Below, piece after piece: positions 1 through 9,249 of a stretch of DNA of 46,319 nucleotides. A program made the position numbers and the translations under genes. Each line of letters begins with the position of its first letter. Within the stretch, counting starts at the first letter, position 1. A model generated the notes under the pieces. That model saw only the letters and a program-made list of their open reading frames with translations, did not search any database and was not told the origin of the DNA. The stretch spans positions 1-46,319 of the IMG/VR virus record IMGVR_UViG_3300031848_000744; one strand, given 5' to 3'. This stretch comes from a virus. Taxonomy: Duplodnaviria; Caudoviricetes.

Positions 1-633
1 GTGATTTCCACACTGATAGTAATAAGTTCCAGTAGTGTTAGGAGTCCAACTTACAACACCGCTAACTGCGCCTTGTCCAGTTGCAGCAGGACTACTTACG
101 TTTGATCCACCATTTGAGTCTCTAATATAAAATGGATGACCTGATGCGTTTACAGTAAAGTTTACGGTTTGTCCAACTTTAATAGCAACATTAGCATTAT
201 CACCAGTGGCACCACCACTTAATGTGTATGCACTTGCTCCTGAGTTTGCTACACCTACTGCAAGTGCTGCGGGTACTACGGTTAATGATCCAGCAGTCAC
301 CGCATAACTCCATGTAAGATCAAATCCTTCTGGATCAGTTGCTACAGCAGTAATAGTAGTAGCACTTCCATCAATTGCAAGAAAATATGAGTCATTAATC
401 CCAGTGATGCTGGATGGTTGAGCATTTGTAACAGTAGCAATTAAGTACCAACCAGCGCCCGTCCACATATAAAGTTTATTTGTTGCCACTACAAATGCGG
501 TATTGCCTACAGTAGTTGAAGTAGCGGGCAGATCAGAAAATGTTGCATAACTTCTTTGTCCTGGTGCTGAACTTGCAGACTTAGGAAATGAAACTGACTC
601 AGTAGCATATTTTTGTGTTGCATAACTGCCCAT
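1..633 (-). CDS. Virion structural protein with cupredoxin-like domain (partial, runs off the left edge)
   Basis: Manual translation from ATG at 633 (MGSYATQKY...) is open to base 1. Ser/Thr/Gly/Ala-rich, with GHPFYI...GTYYYQCGNH. GAGG RBS and TATAAATA late promoter upstream. Confidence 0.7.
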   Translation of the reverse strand, partial: MGSYATQKYATESVSFPKSASSAPGQRSYATFSDLPATSTTVGNTAFVVATNKLYMWTGAGWYLIATVTNAQPSSITGINDSYFLAIDGSATTITAVATDPEGFDLTWSYAVTAGSLTVVPAALAVGVANSGASAYTLSGGATGDNANVAIKVGQTVNFTVNASGHPFYIRDSNGGSNVSSPAATGQGAVSGVVSWTPNTTGTYYYQCGNH

Positions 634-662
634 CGTGATAACCTCGTATAAGTGCATTTATA

Positions 663-905
663 CTATTTATATAAAGATACTTTTCTTTTTCCATGTATGT
701 TCCAAACTTCTTCGAAACTTTCTAGGTGTAGATAAAATTCGTTGTTACCCCACAGTCTCTTGAGGTATCCTTTTAGTACACGATGAACATCCTCACGCCT
801 ATATTCGTCAGGAATCAACATGCCTTTGACTGCCCACATTAAACGATTTGCTTCCTTTATTTCTTCTGGACCCATTTCGGCAAGTGTGCAGTCATAATTA
901 ACCAT
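663..905 (-). CDS. Hypothetical protein
   Basis: ORF track gives 663..935. The ATG at 905 (MVNYDC) overlaps the end of the upstream gene and is the more likely start. Confidence 0.6.
   Translation of the reverse strand: MVNYDCTLAEMGPEEIKEANRLMWAVKGMLIPDEYRREDVHRVLKGYLKRLWGNNEFYLHLESFEEVWNIHGKRKVSLYK
664..671 (-). promoter_or_regulatory. T4-type late promoter TATAAATA
   Basis: Exact gp55-dependent consensus about 30 nt upstream of the ATG at 633. Confidence 0.8.
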
Positions 906-1473
906 GAGAAAATCCCGAAGTATGATTATAGTCATAATTACTTAACATCGATTTTTGTTTCATTCTCAAATCTCTACTCAATAAGTTATAGGTTTTTCTA
1001 ACCTCAAACCCCAAGTTTTCTAGTGCAGAATTATTATCAATAATATAATCTGCCATTGTAGAATTAAGGGTCATACTGCCACGATCTTCTTGCGGTAGAT
1101 GGTCTGATCTATCAACCCAAATTGCAGCATCAAAAACACCTTGCTCTTTCATCGCATCAAATTCACGAACATTTCTTAAACCGCAATATATGTCATGTTC
1201 AGCAAAAATATCTTTACCTAATTGAGCAGGATCATCTTCACAATATCCTGCAATAGCATCATACCATTCAGACCTATGATTATGTCTATCGGCATAACAT
1301 TCTTCAAATGAGTTGTAATCATATTTTACTTTAAGGTCATCATAAATAAACCTTTGACAAGCAAACATACTACTTGAAATAAAACTTAATTTAAAATCTT
1401 CTTGTAAAATTTCAGACACGGTATCTTTACCATGCCGACCATGACCAATAACTAATAATTTAGGTTTATTCAT
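898..1473 (-). CDS. P-loop deoxynucleoside monophosphate kinase-like protein
   Basis: N-terminal LLVIGHGRHGKDT Walker A, an R-x-x-x-E motif and C-terminal DYIIDNN, typical of phage dNMP kinases. Confidence 0.65.
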   Translation of the reverse strand: MNKPKLLVIGHGRHGKDTVSEILQEDFKLSFISSSMFACQRFIYDDLKVKYDYNSFEECYADRHNHRSEWYDAIAGYCEDDPAQLGKDIFAEHDIYCGLRNVREFDAMKEQGVFDAAIWVDRSDHLPQEDRGSMTLNSTMADYIIDNNSALENLGFEVRKTYNLLSRDLRMKQKSMLSNYDYNHTSGFSHG

Positions 1474-1937
1474 CAGCGGGCCCATGCAGCATTAGGCATT
1501 TGGAATAAAGCATTTACGTTATCTGATGTTTCTGACCTCGCAAAAATTGTCCAACCAAACCATCCATTTGATGCAATCATGCTTTCGATAACTTGAATGT
1601 CCAAAAACTCTCTGAAACTCATTCCCGTTGTCCATACGTCATCCACGATAAGAACAGGATCATTTTCATCACTAGAAATGTATTTTTCCAAAGCATGTTG
1701 CAATTTGAGACCACCTCTTGGAATGCCCACCACTTTTGAAAATGGGCGTATTTCGTACCCCATAATCATTTTTGCAAGACAATCCCATTCCTTATCAGAT
1801 AAGGCATCCATCTCGATTTTCCATTCCATAGGAATTCCAGCATGTGATGTAAACTTTTTCTGTTGGAATAAATCTATTTTAGTCTCAACATGTTCTGCTG
1901 CTTCGTCATTCCCTAACGATCTACCACTAGTAATCAT
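1473..1937 (-). CDS. Type I phosphoribosyltransferase (orotate PRTase-like)
   Basis: FTSHAG, GIPRGG and the PRPP-binding motif VLIVDDVWTTGMS. Confidence 0.8.
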   Translation of the reverse strand: MITSGRSLGNDEAAEHVETKIDLFQQKKFTSHAGIPMEWKIEMDALSDKEWDCLAKMIMGYEIRPFSKVVGIPRGGLKLQHALEKYISSDENDPVLIVDDVWTTGMSFREFLDIQVIESMIASNGWFGWTIFARSETSDNVNALFQMPNAAWAR

Positions 1938-2141
1938 TTATTTCTCCATTCCTTGAGGATCATATTGTTCACCATTATACGCTGGATAGGTATCATTGTC
2001 AACCCCTGAATTACATCCAACCACCGCAAGTATTAGTATTGCTACTGATATATATGTCATTCTTTTCATCCACAATACAAACCCATCAAAACCTTCTTCT
2101 GCTTGTTTTTGTGCTGTGCCACGTACATCTTCATCACTCAT
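1938..2141 (-). CDS. Small membrane protein / possible lipoprotein
   Basis: Hydrophobic stretch ISVAILILAVVGC ending in a lipobox-like VVGC. Confidence 0.55.
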   Translation of the reverse strand: MSDEDVRGTAQKQAEEGFDGFVLWMKRMTYISVAILILAVVGCNSGVDNDTYPAYNGEQYDPQGMEK

Positions 2142-2312
2142 TTAGTGACTACCAGTGGAATACATTACAGGTATAGCAATGAAAATTGCTCCAAACATCA
2201 GCGCAATCATAAGAATGACTGGCATCTGAGATATCAAAGGTTTATGAAAATCAAAGAGTCTGATGTATTCGTGAACTCTATATGCTGCTACTTTATTCTT
2301 AATCTTTTTCAT
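2142..2312 (-). CDS. Small membrane protein (56 aa, not in ORF track)
   Basis: MKKIKNKVAAY...VILMIALMFGAIFIAIPVMYSTGSH. Fills the gap exactly between its neighbours and has one TM helix. Confidence 0.6.
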   Translation of the reverse strand: MKKIKNKVAAYRVHEYIRLFDFHKPLISQMPVILMIALMFGAIFIAIPVMYSTGSH

Positions 2313-2532
2313 CTAGTTCTATTAATTCCCATGTTTCCATAACATTATTTGTTTGACTTTCTGCTATCTGATTTGCTTTCTCTCTTGAGTCGATACTAAA
2401 CTCTAAAATCTTACCAATTCTCACGTTACTAACACCGTCGAATCCTATAGTTCCTAAAGCATGTGTAACTGCCTGTCCAGCATTATCTAATATTCCTTCT
2501 CGAATCTGAATGATTGCTTTATATCTTTTCAT
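2299..2532 (-). CDS. purS: Phosphoribosylformylglycinamidine synthase subunit PurS
   Basis: 77 aa. GILDNAGQAVTHALGTIGFDGVSNVRIGKILEF...NNVME matches the PurS pattern (LDPxGxAV..L..LG...V..VR.GK..E...NPVIE). Confidence 0.8.
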   Translation of the reverse strand: MKRYKAIIQIREGILDNAGQAVTHALGTIGFDGVSNVRIGKILEFSIDSREKANQIAESQTNNVMETWELIELDEKD

Positions 2533-2719
2533 CTTCTAATATCTCTAATAGTTGCAATCCATTATCGTATGGACTCAAATTGTTATACTTTGTTAGACAT
2601 TCTGAAATTGTAATCTTGTCCCATATATCCGTTGTTCCATCAGGATAAGTTATCTGATATTTACGTTCAGTTCTATCCCAAAATCTAGGTCGAACATCAG
2701 TAGGCATTTCACTTTTCAT
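2519..2719 (-). CDS. Hypothetical protein
   Basis: 66 aa ORF tightly packed with its neighbours. Confidence 0.55.
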   Translation of the reverse strand: MKSEMPTDVRPRFWDRTERKYQITYPDGTTDIWDKITISECLTKYNNLSPYDNGLQLLEILEDEKI

Positions 2720-2910
2720 ATCGTATCAATTTCTTCCCATGATCTGATATAGAAATTTTCGCCTAGTTTATCAATCTCTGTTTGTGGATAACCTTCAGAA
2801 ACTAACCATTGATTCATATTAAAATCATCTTCTAGTAAATAATATTCTTCATGGACAGGTTTAGGAAATCCATACTTCCATCCAGATGGTGGGTCAATTA
2901 TTAGCGTCAT
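2716..2910 (-). CDS. Hypothetical protein
   Basis: 64 aa with a distinctive IDPPSGWKYGFPK N-terminus. Its stop overlaps the next start. Confidence 0.6.
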   Translation of the reverse strand: MTLIIDPPSGWKYGFPKPVHEEYYLLEDDFNMNQWLVSEGYPQTEIDKLGENFYIRSWEEIDTI

Positions 2911-3079
2911 CGATTAGTACTCCTATGCATGGTACAATAATAGACATTTTGCAATATTTTGGATATTCATCAAAACTCATTACCATAAGCATTGGAATGC
3001 CTAGCACGATAAGTACTATAATTCCAATTGCTTTGCCTAAGTCTTTTGTTGTTGAATAGTTTTGGTGTTCTCCACTCAT
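2894..3079 (-). CDS. Small membrane protein
   Basis: TM helix AIGIIVLIVLGIPMLMVM. Confidence 0.6.
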   Translation of the reverse strand: MSGEHQNYSTTKDLGKAIGIIVLIVLGIPMLMVMSFDEYPKYCKMSIIVPCIGVLIDDANN

Positions 3080-3249
3080 GCTGCTTCTACAACCTCACAA
3101 TTACCTAAAATGTTAGCAACATCTTGAGCAGACTTAAACGTATCGAAGGATAGATCAATTACATTAGGATTTTTGTACATTTTATATTTGACCTCTCCAA
3201 CCATAACTACGTGCTTTACTATACTTCCGTTTCTTTTAATTAGATACAT
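3076..3249 (-). CDS. Hypothetical protein (57 aa, not in ORF track)
   Basis: MYLIKRNGSIVKHVVMVGEVKYKMYKNP...; TAATG and ATGA overlaps with the two neighbours. Confidence 0.6.
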   Translation of the reverse strand: MYLIKRNGSIVKHVVMVGEVKYKMYKNPNVIDLSFDTFKSAQDVANILGNCEVVEAA

Positions 3250-3821
3250 TATTCGTTAACCTTTACTTTAAACCATTCTGGTATTTCGCGTTTCGTCCAA
3301 ATCATTTTAAAATTCTTCTGTTTTGTATTATAGTAATCTTTGTATGATTTTACAGGATCACTTTCGTTTATACATTGTGGTTCGTGCTGCATCGCCAGAG
3401 CAAATGGACTCATCAGATACTTATAACCAGATTTTATATTTTTAGGTGTTTTTGCTAACGCAGTTTTCAATAATTTCTCTGTAGCGTGAACTTTACCATA
3501 CCGATAGGTGTATTCTCTACAGAGTGCAACAAAATGACTATAGTGCCAATTATAGTTGTTATCGTTGTGCATAGTCCAAACTGTACAAGGGTGTCCTGAG
3601 TGTACTGCTTTATATAAAACATCTTCTCGACCATCTGGTAATGCCCAGTATTTCACCATTCTTTTTCCAGACTTAGACTGACGTAACTCTTGTTCACCAT
3701 CTAGCATACGATGAGCAGTGGAGAGCATCTGTGCACTCTCCACGATCATTTTTACAACGTGCTTATCGCACTGTAGTTGTGCTGCTTTTATAGGGTTATT
3801 ATCCAAAATGAATATGTTCAT
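3249..3821 (-). CDS. Pyrimidine-dimer DNA glycosylase / endonuclease V-like protein
   Basis: Likely start MNIFILD at 3821. DKHVVKMIVESAQMLSTAHR, HPCTVW and EYTYRYGKVH motifs of the DenV-related phage family. Confidence 0.65.
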   Translation of the reverse strand: MNIFILDNNPIKAAQLQCDKHVVKMIVESAQMLSTAHRMLDGEQELRQSKSGKRMVKYWALPDGREDVLYKAVHSGHPCTVWTMHNDNNYNWHYSHFVALCREYTYRYGKVHATEKLLKTALAKTPKNIKSGYKYLMSPFALAMQHEPQCINESDPVKSYKDYYNTKQKNFKMIWTKREIPEWFKVKVNE

Positions 3822-4423
3822 TAGTCTTCCATGCGATAAAAAATATGTGCACCGATTTGGACAATTTTTGTAAATTCTTTTGCCCATGATGGTGAAACAT
3901 ATGTTGCGTGGTAATGTGTCGATCCTTCAGTTAATCCACGCCAATCACCGTTAGTGTACATTGTTACTGCATGGTCGATAGACGTTTCCCAAGATTCTTG
4001 ATCTTGTGGTTCGTCTGCCTTACCATCACAAAACCAACTAAACTGGCATTTGTTAAGAAGAGGCACACCCTTATCATTCAAATAAGATTGATGAACGACT
4101 TCACATGGAGTGCTTGGATATTTTTCATGCTCTACTCTATTGAGAACAACGTCTGTTACTGCCATGGCATCCGCTAAAGATGATGCCATGGTTTCGTAAT
4201 ATATGTTCGTTGCCAAACATTGGATTTGCTTTACTTGCTCTTGTTGACGAGCAAGTTCTATTGCTTGCTCTGCTGCAATTTCAGTTGCTCGTTCTTCTGC
4301 TAATATTTCTACTGCCTCAGTAGTATCAGATACTTGTTTTTTTGCTTCAAAAACAGCATAACCGATACCACCAGCAATAGCACAATTTGCCACTAATAGT
4401 CCGATAGTTGTTATACGCTTCAT
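3821..4423 (-). CDS. Cell wall hydrolase, SleB/Hydrolase_2 family, with N-terminal membrane anchor
   Basis: CLATNIYYE, VVLNRV, CQFSWFCDGK, THYHATYVSPSW and IGAHIFY motifs. Probable start MKRITT at 4423. Confidence 0.85.
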   Translation of the reverse strand: MKRITTIGLLVANCAIAGGIGYAVFEAKKQVSDTTEAVEILAEERATEIAAEQAIELARQQEQVKQIQCLATNIYYETMASSLADAMAVTDVVLNRVEHEKYPSTPCEVVHQSYLNDKGVPLLNKCQFSWFCDGKADEPQDQESWETSIDHAVTMYTNGDWRGLTEGSTHYHATYVSPSWAKEFTKIVQIGAHIFYRMED

Positions 4424-4456
4424 TTGTTGTCCTGTTCTGATTCGTCTTATGTTTAC

Positions 4457-4485
4457 ATTATGACATAAGACGAACCACTTGTCAA
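4457..4485 (-). promoter_or_regulatory. Sigma70-like promoter TTGACA-17-CATAAT
   Basis: Canonical 17-nt spacing, upstream of the hydrolase gene. Confidence 0.7.
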
Positions 4486-4724
4486 CCAAATTTTAATGTA
4501 TATTCCGTATTGTGTTCTTGTGATAAATCTTTATACCCCAATGCCCAGTTTTCAGCAGCATCTTCAACATATCTTAGAGTTTTATTTGGGAAACTTTCTT
4601 CAAAATATCTAATTCCACCTTCCGTAAAATATCTGATATAAGCGTGTTCTTCCTTATAACTAAAATGTATTTCACAATAGTCTTCACTATTGTCCGATTG
4701 ATAAGTAGAAAGTTTCTTTCCCAT
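4482..4724 (-). CDS. Hypothetical protein
   Basis: 80 aa, AGGAGA RBS, C-terminal YVEDAAENWALG. Confidence 0.7.
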   Translation of the reverse strand: MGKKLSTYQSDNSEDYCEIHFSYKEEHAYIRYFTEGGIRYFEESFPNKTLRYVEDAAENWALGYKDLSQEHNTEYTLKFG

Positions 4725-4749
4725 AAATCTCTCCTTGTTTTTTATTTAA

Positions 4750-5433
4750 TTAAGAGGTGCCTTCTTCAATCAGATTGAAGAAATCGTTTGCCATAGGGAA
4801 TATTGCAGAAATTGCTTTGCCGCACTCTATTGCCAATTCTCTATGTTCTTTCTGTGTTCCATTATCACTTCTCAATTCAATGTAGTGAATCCATGATCTA
4901 ATAGTGCCATTCACATAAAGTTTAGACATTGTAAGACCTTCAGGTAACACTTTACGCGCCTGTTCTTTTGCAATGCCATTTTTGATTGCCCATTCATATG
5001 CCTCTGCCGCCTTATCGATCACGCGAGATTGGATCATGCTCCAATCTTCTTGCAAATATTCATCTTGATTTTCAATACTATTTTGCCTATTTTTAGGGTC
5101 TTGCAGTCTTGCTTCAGAAATTTCAAACATATCATCACCAAATTCTTCAATATTAGCATAGCGTTGACTGAACTCTTGAAAAGAAAATGATCTGTGCCTC
5201 AATAATTGTCGGGCAATGTCCCTTGTGCAATGCACCTCAATTGTTGCTGACACCATTTCAAATGGCGACCAATGTTTGTGCTTTATCAGATATTTTAATA
5301 GTTTTTCACTTGTTTCACTATTGATTTGATTTGATGGGTTTGAAACTCTAGCACAATATGCCACAAGTTCTTGAACATTACCCAGTTCTAGTGAATCATC
5401 TACTTGCGTGTGACCGACCAAACGTGCCTTCAT
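4750..5433 (-). CDS. thyX: Flavin-dependent thymidylate synthase ThyX
   Basis: HWSPFE and the ThyX signature RHRSFSFQEFSQRY. Confidence 0.95.
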   Translation of the reverse strand: MKARLVGHTQVDDSLELGNVQELVAYCARVSNPSNQINSETSEKLLKYLIKHKHWSPFEMVSATIEVHCTRDIARQLLRHRSFSFQEFSQRYANIEEFGDDMFEISEARLQDPKNRQNSIENQDEYLQEDWSMIQSRVIDKAAEAYEWAIKNGIAKEQARKVLPEGLTMSKLYVNGTIRSWIHYIELRSDNGTQKEHRELAIECGKAISAIFPMANDFFNLIEEGTS

Positions 5434-5445
5434 AACGTAGTTCCT

Positions 5446-5700
5446 TTAATGTATTGTTTGTGATGGTTCATCTTCATGTAAAAATCTCTGGTGCTGTACA
5501 AATATATAATTCAACATTCCTCTGTAGTCATTATCATCCAATTTCATTCTATACAGTTTTAATGCATATGCTTGCATCACTCCTGCAATTACTAAGTGAT
5601 CATAGTCGTTATCATTCATCTGAGCAACTAGTTTGTGGAAATGCTCCCACAAGTCTGCTATTTTGTTTATTTCGTCTTGGTCTTTAAATTCATCCATCAA
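5446..5700 (-). CDS. Hypothetical protein
   Basis: 84 aa ORF within the operon. Confidence 0.6.
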   Translation of the reverse strand: MMDEFKDQDEINKIADLWEHFHKLVAQMNDNDYDHLVIAGVMQAYALKLYRMKLDDNDYRGMLNYIFVQHQRFLHEDEPSQTIH

Positions 5701-5947
5701 TCAAGTTGCTCCATTTTTTGAGTTTGTTGCGCTTTGCGGCAGATGCTTTTTTGATATCAGTATCATCAATACCAAAGTGATTACCTAAAAGTTCTAACAT
5801 TTGCATAACGTCACCCATTTCAGAAATTAGATTATTTCGTTTGTCATCATCGATACCAAATCTTAGGATTTTCATACATTCTTTAGTAAGTTCCGCACAT
5901 TCTTCGCTTGCCACTACTAAACACTCTACTTGAATTTGACCTACCAT
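5690..5947 (-). CDS. MazG-like nucleotide pyrophosphohydrolase
   Basis: EECAEL...EMGDV acidic motifs. Start at 5947 gives a TGATG overlap with the upstream stop. Confidence 0.7.
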   Translation of the reverse strand: MVGQIQVECLVVASEECAELTKECMKILRFGIDDDKRNNLISEMGDVMQMLELLGNHFGIDDTDIKKASAAKRNKLKKWSNLIDG

Positions 5948-6462
5948 CACTTTATATACCACCACACATTATCTGGACCAATTTCATGTTTAGGTGTTGA
6001 TTGTACAACCGCCATTGCCACTGGTATAGTATTTATATCATGTCCAGAAACTAAACCACCTTTTCTAATCTTTGGAGTCCATACTTCAATATCTCTTTTG
6101 ACTGAATCAAAGTCATGAGATGCATCAACAAAAACATAGTCTAAGGAATTATCCTCATATGCTGCGGATGCTAAATGAGTGAAATCTCTGACAATTTCTC
6201 CCTTACCATCAGATTGTTCACAAAATTCCATAAGACCATCGTACCACTCAACTGGAGGTTCTTTACGTAACCCTTCTGTGGTTGTAATATCTTTTGCTTT
6301 CCACACCTTATCGCCTACAAATACATCAACCCCGATATGGTGTGTATTTCTACAGTTATCCACTATAAACTTAAATGTTGGACCTCGCAAGACACCAAGT
6401 TCGACACCAATTTTAAAATTATTTGATCGTATTTGATCCACTAACCAATGTGCTCTATTCAT
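5947..6462 (-). CDS. Class I SAM-dependent methyltransferase (Methyltransf_24-like)
   Basis: GVELGV, GVD, DYVFVDASHDFDSV and GGLVSGHD motifs. Confidence 0.8.
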   Translation of the reverse strand: MNRAHWLVDQIRSNNFKIGVELGVLRGPTFKFIVDNCRNTHHIGVDVFVGDKVWKAKDITTTEGLRKEPPVEWYDGLMEFCEQSDGKGEIVRDFTHLASAAYEDNSLDYVFVDASHDFDSVKRDIEVWTPKIRKGGLVSGHDINTIPVAMAVVQSTPKHEIGPDNVWWYIK

Positions 6463-7832
6463 AGTTTAAAATCCTTAAATTTTTGCAAATCCTCGCCTTG
6501 AGGAGTCTTATCAAATACTGGACCATCATCCATCAAAGTCTGCTCTGAGTCATCAACATCATATAATTTCATCTTAGAACGATCAACACCAATCACAAAT
6601 CTCTTTTTATATGTAGGATCATTATATCTGTTCTTTAATTGCTTAACTGCAATTTGACCCATTGCTTCAAGTTCTTCGTTGGATATGAGCGCAAACATGA
6701 GGTCTGCTGTGGCAGGAAGACCAAATGATTCAGAAGTATCTTCCAACCCAATATCCGAATTTGAAAAACCCGATCTTGTTGTTTGCGTTGCGGAGACCAC
6801 TGGTACGTTAAATTCGACCGCGAGTCCTCGCATTTCTTCTGCGATTGCTTTGATGTACGTGTAGGAATTTATCGATCCCCCCATTGATTTCATTCTACTG
6901 CTGGCGCAGATATTTAGGTAGTCTATAAAAATGATATCTGGTTCAAATGATTTTTTAAGTTTCAGTTCACTCAATAAACTTCTAAAATGGGAGACATTTG
7001 CTTGCCCTGTTGGATATTCCTTGATGATTAATTTACCATTAGTCCTTGTCGAAATCTTTGCAACTCTTTCAGAGAAGTTTTCTTTACTTAGAGTATTAAT
7101 TTGGTCTATCGGAATATTCAATAGATTTGCGTCAATACGTTCTGCAATCCTTTCTTCTGCCATTTCCATAGTAATGTACAACACATTTTTACCATCTGTC
7201 AGTGCTGCTGCTGCTTGGTGACACATAAACAAAGATTTACCAACGCCAGTACCAGCAAGAATAATATTCAGAGTTTTTCTAGGCAAACCACCCTTGGTAA
7301 TCAAATTAAAATATTCGAGATCAAACGGTAGGCGTTCTTCTGTACGATGATAAAATTCATACCGCTCTTCGAAATTTCCCAAATAATCATGACCGACATT
7401 AGTATCAAACGAGACTCCCAAAGCGGTACTTAGGATATCTGGCAGTGCATTTTTAGAAAGCGTTTCATGCTTTCCATCAATAATACTAATAGACTCCATC
7501 ACAGCATTGAACAAAGCACGATCTTGACACCACTTCTCAGTAACCTCTAACAGATGTTCTTCATCTGAAGGTGCGCCATCAAAGATATTTGGGATAATCT
7601 CCATTGCATGTCTGTACTGTTCATCAGTATATCTGTCAGATGTATCAATCTCGATTTTAAATGCTTCTTGCGTAGGTAACCTATTATATTTTCCAGCATA
7701 TTTACCAACAGTGGTAAACATCTGTCGATACACACCTTCAAAATATTCTGGTTTAATAAAAGGTAAAACCTTACGCATAAACTTTTCATCTGAAATTAGA
7801 TTTTTCAGAATTATTTGTTCAATATTAGACAA
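6459..7832 (-). CDS. gp41: Replicative helicase gp41
   Basis: AGTGVGKSL Walker A, ITMEMAEERIAERIDAN, IDYLNIC and SESFGLPATAD motifs. Confidence 0.95.
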   Translation of the reverse strand: MSNIEQIILKNLISDEKFMRKVLPFIKPEYFEGVYRQMFTTVGKYAGKYNRLPTQEAFKIEIDTSDRYTDEQYRHAMEIIPNIFDGAPSDEEHLLEVTEKWCQDRALFNAVMESISIIDGKHETLSKNALPDILSTALGVSFDTNVGHDYLGNFEERYEFYHRTEERLPFDLEYFNLITKGGLPRKTLNIILAGTGVGKSLFMCHQAAAALTDGKNVLYITMEMAEERIAERIDANLLNIPIDQINTLSKENFSERVAKISTRTNGKLIIKEYPTGQANVSHFRSLLSELKLKKSFEPDIIFIDYLNICASSRMKSMGGSINSYTYIKAIAEEMRGLAVEFNVPVVSATQTTRSGFSNSDIGLEDTSESFGLPATADLMFALISNEELEAMGQIAVKQLKNRYNDPTYKKRFVIGVDRSKMKLYDVDDSEQTLMDDGPVFDKTPQGEDLQKFKDFKL

Positions 7833-8153
7833 TTAACTTATTTCCTTCATCTCGCCTGTTTTGTTAATTATAGCAGATTCTATGATAGAGGTCAACAACT
7901 CTCCAGCAAAATCTTGCAATTCTAAACTATTTTCATCAAGATCGTCCATAGGAGAACTTTCTACTGTGAAGTCAAAAGACATTTTACTATCACCATCATC
8001 GGGATCACCATCAATGGAAATTGTACCAAAGGAGATAATAGTTTCAGTGTATATCCCCTCTAAAATTCTAATCGACCAAGCATCCTCACGCCTTGGATGT
8101 GGAACATGTTCATATTCTTCATTTTCATTAAACTCTGGCATTTTCACCCTCAT
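7833..8153 (-). CDS. Acidic protein in the T4 gp40 position (head vertex assembly chaperone-like)
   Basis: Lies between uvsX and gp41, as gp40 does in T4. Call rests mainly on synteny. Confidence 0.45.
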   Translation of the reverse strand: MRVKMPEFNENEEYEHVPHPRREDAWSIRILEGIYTETIISFGTISIDGDPDDGDSKMSFDFTVESSPMDDLDENSLELQDFAGELLTSIIESAIINKTGEMKEIS

Positions 8154-9195
8154 TCATTACAACTTCATCCATGTTTACTTCAGTCTGATAACCAATGGAA
8201 TATTGCTTTTTGATAAACTCTTTGAAGTTTGTATTTTCAAACACAGGTTTCCAAAAATCTTCTTCTAAAGTTTGTGCTTCCCTAACTTTTTTGTCTGAAA
8301 TCTCACCAGTTTTCATGTCTACTATGGAATACCAACCATTACTTGGTTTGACCACGTAACCACCAGCAAGAGCAACACTTAGCAATCCTGACCAAGTTTG
8401 AACGCCACCTTCCCATGATACTGTAATAGGTATTTTAGATTTTTCTTTTACATATCTTGATTTTTCAACATTGATAACAAAGTGATATCCTTGAATTTCA
8501 GTGCCTTTTTTATCTTGTTGCCGACCAAGAATCCAAATGTTGTTTGCACTATAGTAAATTCCAGTGCCACCAGATACGATATCTTTTGGAAACAATCCGA
8601 TTTCTTTATATGTATGATTGACTGCCAACAGCGGGATATTTTTCATAGCAAGATAGGGCGTTGCCATTCTGAATAAACCTTTAAGTGCTTTTGCCCTTGA
8701 CATATCAGCAACAGATTTTTCGTTTAAAGTATCTTCCATTTCCTTCTTAGATGCAAGATTACCGATTGAGTCGATAACAATAATAACTTTATCACCACGG
8801 TCAAGGTTTTCGAGTTGACTAATCAAGTCAAATTTTAATTCCTCAACATCTGTAATTGGCGTATGAAGCACTCGACTCGTATCAACATCAAATTGTTCAA
8901 AGTATGACTGTGGCGAACCAAATTCGCTATCATAAAATAGCATCACGGCGTCTGAATATTCCTTTAAGTATGCTGCCGCCATTAACAAAGCAAATGAAGT
9001 TTTGAAGTGCTTTGATGGTCCAGCAAGCACTGTAAGTCCAGGGGCAAGACCACCATCAACTGATCCAGATAGCGCAACATTAATCATTGGAACTGGTGTT
9101 GATACCAAGTCTTTTTCATTAAAAAATTTAGATTCTGAAAGAACTTCTGTGGTCTTGAGTTTTGAGTTCTTCTTGAGTTTATCCATAATTGACAT
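8128..9195 (-). CDS. uvsX: RecA-like recombinase UvsX
   Basis: AGPSKHFKT, YDSEFG, IDSIGNLASKKE and GGTGIYYSA motifs. Confidence 0.95.
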   Translation of the reverse strand: MSIMDKLKKNSKLKTTEVLSESKFFNEKDLVSTPVPMINVALSGSVDGGLAPGLTVLAGPSKHFKTSFALLMAAAYLKEYSDAVMLFYDSEFGSPQSYFEQFDVDTSRVLHTPITDVEELKFDLISQLENLDRGDKVIIVIDSIGNLASKKEMEDTLNEKSVADMSRAKALKGLFRMATPYLAMKNIPLLAVNHTYKEIGLFPKDIVSGGTGIYYSANNIWILGRQQDKKGTEIQGYHFVINVEKSRYVKEKSKIPITVSWEGGVQTWSGLLSVALAGGYVVKPSNGWYSIVDMKTGEISDKKVREAQTLEEDFWKPVFENTNFKEFIKKQYSIGYQTEVNMDEVVMNEGENARV

Positions 9196-9220
9196 ATTAT
9201 TCTCCTATATTATTCCCACC

Positions 9221-9249
9221 ATTATAGCATATTCTATAACAGTTGTCTA
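9221..9249 (-). promoter_or_regulatory. Sigma70-like promoter TAGACA-17-TATAAT for uvsX
   Basis: Seen directly; 17-nt spacer and extended -10 TG. Confidence 0.75.
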
